Below, piece by piece: positions 58,772 to 64,000 of a stretch of DNA of 64,000 bases. The DNA is from Eledone cirrhosa (lineage: Eukaryota), in assembly GCA_964016885.1 (NCBI GenBank), contig OZ024741.1:115568001-115632000 (forward strand), given 5' to 3'. The notes under the pieces are model-generated. The model was given only the letters and a program-made list of their open reading frames with translations. It was not told the origin of the DNA and made no database searches. Every line of letters starts with the position of its first letter. Within the stretch, counting starts at the first letter, position 1. The translations under genes and the position numbers were made by a program.

Positions 58772-61245
58772 AAAGTTGTTCTTGGGGTAGGGGTTACATT
58801 TGTCATAGAATATACGTATAATTCTGACTGAAAGATGTTCTTGAGGTGGGGGTTACATTTGTCATAGAATATAGATATAACTCTGAGTGAAAGATGTTCT
58901 TGAGGTGGGGGTTACATTTGTCATAGAATATAGATATAACTCTGATAGAAAGATGTTCTTGAGGTGGGGGTTACATTTGTCATAGAATATAGATATAACT
59001 CTGTTTGAAAGATGTTCTTGAGGTGGGGGTTACATTTGTCATAGAATATAGATATAACTCTGATAGAAAGATGTTCTTGGGGTAGGGGTTACATTTGTCA
59101 TAGAATATACATATAATTCTGACTGAAAGATGTTCTTGAGGTGGGGGTTAAATTTGTCATAGAATATAGATATAACTCTGATAGAAAGATGTTCTTGGGG
59201 TAGGGGTTACATTTGTCATAGAATATAGATATAACTCTGATTGAAAGATGTTCTTGACGTGGGGGTTACATTTGTCATAGAATATAGATGTAACTCTGAT
59301 TGAAAGATGTTCTTGGGGTGGGGGTTACATTTGTCATAGAATATAGATATAACTCTGAGTGAAAGATGTACTTGGGGTGGGGGTTACATTTGTCATAGAA
59401 TATAGATATAACTCTGAGTGAAAGATGTTCTTGAGGTGGGGTTACATTTGTCATAGAATATAGATATAACTCTGATTGAAAGATTTTGTTGAGGTAGGGG
59501 TTACATTTGTCATAGAATATAGATATAACTCTGTTTGAAAGATGTTCTTGAGGTGGGGGTTACATTTGTCATAGAATATAGATATAACTCTGATTGAAAG
59601 ATTTTGTTGAGGTAGGGGTTACATTTGTCATAGAATATAGATATAACTCTGAGTGAAAGATGTTCTTGGGGTGGGGTTACATTTGTCATAGAATATACAT
59701 ATAACTCTGATTGAAAGATTTTGTTGAGGTAGGGGTTACATTTGTCATAGAATATAGATATAACTCTGAGTGAAAGATGTTCTTGAGGTGGGGTTACATT
59801 TGTCATAGAATATAGATATAACTCTGATAGAAAGATGTTCTTGAGGTGGGGGTTTCATTTGTCATAGAATATAGATATAACTCTGTTTGAAAGATGTTCT
59901 TGAGGTGGGGTTACATTTGTCATAGAATATAGATATAACTCTGAGAGAAAGATGTTCTTGGGGTAGGGGTTACATTTGTCATAGAATATACATATAATTC
60001 TGACTGAAAGATGTTCTTGAGGTGGGGGTTACATTTGTCATAGAATATAGATATAACTCTGACTGAGAGATGTTCTTGAGGTGGGGGTTACATTTGTCAT
60101 AGAATATTGTTATAACTCTGTCTGAAAGATGTTCTTGAGGTGGGGGTTAAATTTGTCATAGAATATAGATATAACTCTGATAGAAAGATGTTCTTGGGGT
60201 AGGGGTTACATTTGTCATAGAATATATATATAACTCTGTTTGAAAGATGTTCTTGAGGTGGGGGTTACATTTGTCATAGAATATAGATATAACTCTGACT
60301 GAAAGATATTAATGAGGTAGGGGTTACAATTGTCATAGAATATAGATATAACTCTGATCGAAAGATATACTTGAGGTGGGGGTTACATTTGTCATAGAAT
60401 ATAGATATAACTCTGATTGAAAGATGTTCTTGAGGTGGGAGTTACATTTGTCATAGAATATAGATATAACTCTGACTGAAAGATGTTCTTGATGTGGGGC
60501 TTACATTTGTCATAGAATATACATATAATTCTGACTGAAAAATGTTCTTGAGGTGGGGGTTACATTTGTCATAGAATATAGATATAACTCGGATAGAAAG
60601 ATGTTCTTGGGGTAGGGGTTATATTTGTCGTAGAATATACATATAATTCTGACTGAAAGATGTTCTTGAGGTGGGGGTTACATTTGTCATAGAATATAGA
60701 TATAACTCTGATAGAAAGATGTTCTTGGGGTAGGGGTTACATTTGTCATAGAATATACATATAATTCTGACTGAAAGATGTTCTTGAGGTGGGGATTACA
60801 TTTGTCATAGAATATAGATATAACTCTGAGTGAAAGATGTTCTTGAGGTGGGGGTTACATTTGTCATAGAATATAGATATAACTCTGATAGAAAGATGTT
60901 CTTGGGGTAGAGGTCACATTTGTCATAGAATATACATATAATTCTGACTGAAAGATGTTCTTGAGGTGGGGGTTGCATTTGTCATAGAACATAGGTATAA
61001 CTCTGACTGAAAGATGTTCTTGAGGTGGGGGTTACATTTGTCATAGAATATAGATATAACTCTGATAGAAAGATGTTCTTGGGGTAGGGGTTACATTTGT
61101 CATAGAATATAGATATAACTCTGATAGAAAGTTATTCTTGGGGTAGGGGTTACATTTGTCATAGAATATACATATAATTCTGACTGAAAGATGTTCTTGA
61201 GGTGGGGGTTACATTTGTCATAGAACATAGATATAACTCTGACTG
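50900..61245 (+). repeat. ~5.36-kb (91-monomer) higher-order repeat, ~2 copies
   Basis: GGGCG occurs at 53134/58497 and pseudo-ORF ends at 54147/59510 (both offset 5363). The copies share GACTGAGAGATG, GAATATTGTTATA and GATGTGGGGCTTAC. Confidence 0.9.
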
Positions 61246-64000
61246 AAAGATGTTCTTGAGGTGGGGGTTACATTTGTCATAGAATATAGATATAACTCTG
61301 ATAGAAAGATGTTCTTGGGGTAGGGGTTACATTTGTCATAGAATATATATATAACTCTGTTTGAAAGATGTTCTTGAGGTGGGGGTTACATTTGTCATAG
61401 AATATAGATATAACTCTGACTGAAAGATATTAATGAGGTAGAGGTTACATTTGTCATAGAATATACATATAATTCTGATTGAAAGATGATCTTGAGGTAG
61501 GGTTTACATTTGTCATAGAATATAGATATAACTCTGATTGAAAGATTATCTTGACGTAGGGGTTACATTTGTCATAGAATATAGATATAACTCTGAGTGA
61601 AAGATGTTCTTGAGGTGGGGGTTACATTTGTCATAGAATATAGATATAACACTGATAGAAAGATGTTCTTGGGGTAGGAGTTACATTTGTCATAGAATAT
61701 ACATATAATTCTGACTGAAAGATGTTCTTGAGGTGGGGGTTACATTTGTCATAGAATATAGATATAACTCTAACTGAAAGATGTTCTTGAGGTGGGGGTT
61801 ACATTTGTCATAGAATATAGTTATAACTCTGTCTGAAAGATGTTCTTGAGGTGGGGTTTAAATTTGTCATAGAATATAGATATAACTCTGATAGAAAGAT
61901 GTTCTTGGGGTAGGGGTTACATTTGTCATAGAATATATATATAACTCTGTTTGAAAGATGTTCTTGAGGTGGGGGTTACATTTGTCATAGAATATAGATA
62001 TAACTCTGATCGAAAGATATACTTGAGGTGGGGGTTACATTTGTCATAGGATATAGATATAACTCTGATGGAAAGATGTTCTTGATGTGGGGGTTACATT
62101 TGTCATAGAATATAGATATAATCCTGATGGAAAGATGTTCTTGAGGTGGGGGTTACATTTGTCATAGAATATAGATATAACTCTGATTGAAAGATTTTGT
62201 TGAGGTAGGGGTTACATTTGTCATAGAATATAGATATAACTCTGAGTGAAAGATGTTCTTGAGGTGGGCGTTACATTTGTCATAGAATATAGATATAACT
62301 CTGATAGAAAGATGTTCTTGGGGTGGGGGTTACATTTGTCATAGAATATAGATATAACTCTGAGTGAAAGATGTTCTTGAGGTGGGGGTTTCATTTGTCA
62401 TAGAATATAGATATAACTCTGATTGAAAGATTTTGTTGAGGTAGGGTTTACATTTGTCATAGAATATACATATAATTCTGACTGAAAAATATTCTTGAGG
62501 TGGGGGTTACATTTGTCATAGAATATAGATATAACTCTGATAGAAAGTTGTTCTTGGGGTAGGGGTTACATTTGTCATAGAATATACGTATAATTCTGAC
62601 TGAAAGATGTTCTTGAGGTGGGGGTTACATTTGTCATAGAATATAGATATAACTCTGAGTGAAAGATGTTCTTGAGGTGGGGGTTACATTTGTCATAGAA
62701 TATAGATATAACTCTGATAGAAAGATGTTCTTGAGGTGGGGGTTACATTTGTCATAGAATATAGATATAACTCTGTTTGAAAGATGTTCTTGAGGTGGGG
62801 GTTACATTTGTCATAGAATATAGATATAACTCTGATAGAAAGATGTTCTTGGGGTAGGGGTTACATTTGTCATAGAATATACATATAATTCTGACTGAAA
62901 GATGTTCTTGAGGTGGGGGTTAAATTTGTCATAGAATATAGATATAACTCTGATAGAAAGATGTTCTTGGGGTAGGGGTTACATTTGTCATAGAATATAG
63001 ATATAACTCTGATTGAAAGATGTTCTTGACGTGGGGGTTACATTTGTCATAGAATATAGATGTAACTCTGATTGAAAGATGTTCTTGGGGTGGGGGTTAC
63101 ATTTGTCATAGAATATAGATATAACTCTGAGTGAAAGATGTACTTGGGGTGGGGGTTACATTTGTCATAGAATATAGATATAACTCTGAGTGAAAGATGT
63201 TCTTGAGGTGGGGTTACATTTGTCATAGAATATAGATATAACTCTGATTGAAAGATTTTGTTGAGGTAGGGGTTACATTTGTCATAGAATATAGATATAA
63301 CTCTGTTTGAAAGATGTTCTTGAGGTGGGGGTTACATTTGTCATAGAATATAGATATAACTCTGATTGAAAGATTTTGTTGAGGTAGGGGTTACATTTGT
63401 CATAGAATATAGATATAACTCTGAGTGAAAGATGTTCTTGGGGTGGGGTTACATTTGTCATAGAATATAGATATAACTCTGATTGAAAGATTTTGTTGAG
63501 GTAGGGGTTACATTTGTCATAGAATATAGATATAACTCTGAGTGAAAGATGTTCTTGAGGTGGGGTTACATTTGTCATAGAATATAGATATAACTCTGAT
63601 AGAAAGATGTTCTTGAGGTGGGGGTTTCATTTGTCATAGAATATAGATATAACTCTGTTTGAAAGATGTTCTTGAGGTGGGGTTACATTTGTCATAGAAT
63701 ATAGATATAACTCTGAGAGAAAGATGTTCTTGGGGTAGGGGTTACATTTGTCATAGAATATACATATAATTCTGACTGAAAGATGTTCTTGAGGTGGGGG
63801 TTACATTTGTCATAGAATATAGATATAACTCTGACTGAGAGATGTTCTTGAGGTGGGGGTTACATTTGTCATAGAATATTGTTATAACTCTGTCTGAAAG
63901 ATGTTCTTGAGGTGGGGGTTAAATTTGTCATAGAATATAGATATAACTCTGATAGAAAGATGTTCTTGGGGTAGGGGTTACATTTGTCATAGAATATATA
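57475..64000 (+). repeat. 3,772-bp (64-monomer) tandem duplication; the second copy runs off the window end
   Basis: GGGCG occurs at 58497/62269 and pseudo-ORF ends at 59510/63282 (offset 3772). Both copies share the private variant GATCTTGAGGTAGGGTTTAC (~57731/~61503). Confidence 0.9.

Larger units (their letters stand above)
1..64000 (+). repeat. 59-bp tandem satellite array (~1,085 monomers, single orientation, runs off both window ends)
   Basis: The motif GGTTACATTTGTCATAGAATATAGATATAA recurs every 59 bp (e.g. 121, 180, 239), so the register shifts by 1 base per 60-bp line. Occasional 58- and 60-bp monomers arise mostly from G-run length. No non-repeat sequence or reverse-orientation monomer was seen. 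Confidence 0.99.
30630..64000 (+). repeat. Right satellite subfamily domain (interrupted at ~43.57-45.77 kb by duplicated left-type monomers)
   Basis: Dominant variants are TTCTTGGGGTAGGGG, ATACATATAATTCTGACTG, CTCTGAGTG, CCCTGATGG, GATATTAATGAGG, TTTCTCATGG and GATCGAAAGATATACTT. The left markers CCCAGAATG and GTGGAGG are essentially lost. Confidence 0.85.

Noticed and set aside
4433-63578. All 22 minus-strand ORFs (60-98 aa, MTNVTPP.../MYSELYLYS...)
   Set aside because: They are translations of the satellite. Because 59 is not divisible by 3, the frame rotates through the three readings (MTNVTP, FYDKCNP, YIYIL-stop) and meets the TGA in CTATGAC about every third monomer. Longer ORFs arise only where a 58- or 60-bp monomer shifts the frame. 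There is no gene context or recognisable domain.
1-64000. CRISPR array (conserved ~30-bp repeat plus ~29-bp variable spacer)
   Set aside because: The apparent spacers are all homologous, differing by a few substitutions, and are repeated hundreds of times. There is no leader, no cas genes and no unique spacers.
1-64000. Giant repeat-protein coding region on the plus strand
   Set aside because: The unit length is not a multiple of 3, each monomer contains several TAG, TAA and TGA triplets, and the ORF track reports no plus-strand ORF.
1-64000. True telomeric tract or yeast-type long telomere repeat
   Set aside because: There is only one GGGTTA per 59 bp, no tandem TTAGGG or TTAGG runs, and variants are inherited in higher-order blocks rather than being uniform telomerase-templated copies.
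1-64000. G-quadruplex-forming array
   Set aside because: There is only one run of 3 or more G per monomer (two in the GGGGTAGGGG variant), separated by ~50 nt, so the canonical four-run short-loop motif is not met.
1-64000. Rolling-circle or concatemer sequencing artefact
   Set aside because: Variants are structured and reproduced at exact multi-kb offsets in nested blocks, which random error on a single 59-bp template would not generate. Individual large duplications still need read support.
1-64000. tRNA, 5S or spliced-leader RNA tandem genes, CENP-B box, or promoter TATA elements
   Set aside because: I recognise no cloverleaf, Pol III A/B boxes or RNA family motif. The consensus has no CpG, so there is no canonical CENP-B box. 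TATA-like words are just part of the AT-rich monomer.
1-64000. Variant cassettes as an information-storage or diversity-generating system (VSG/DGR-like)
   Set aside because: No recombinase, reverse transcriptase or expression site is present, and the variation is adequately explained by point mutation plus tandem duplication.

Overview
The whole 64,000-bp window is one uninterrupted, head-to-tail array of a 59-bp satellite, about 1,085 monomers, all in the same orientation. The consensus is GGTTACATTTGTCATAGAATATAGATATAACTCTGATTGAAAGATGTTCTTGAGGTGGG (A18 T21 G15 C5, about 34% GC, no CpG). I see no genes, RNA genes, transposon insertions, inversions or unique DNA; all listed ORFs are by-products of translating the repeat. 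The real structure lies in the pattern of monomer variants. (i) Each monomer has a conserved ~30-bp half and a more variable ~29-bp half. (ii) Two variant subfamilies meet across a transition zone at ~25.4-31.6 kb. (iii) Duplications are nested at several scales: 2-4 monomers, 7-39 monomers, ~64-100 monomers (3.8-5.9 kb), and a near-identical ~15.15-15.2 kb tandem duplication whose breakpoint can be placed within a few bases near 43,570. This organisation resembles eukaryotic centromeric or heterochromatic satellite with higher-order repeats, which is an inference. I do not recognise the satellite family and cannot identify the organism or function from sequence alone. Offsets were read by eye from marker variants, not computed by alignment, so block boundaries are approximate to about one monomer unless stated.
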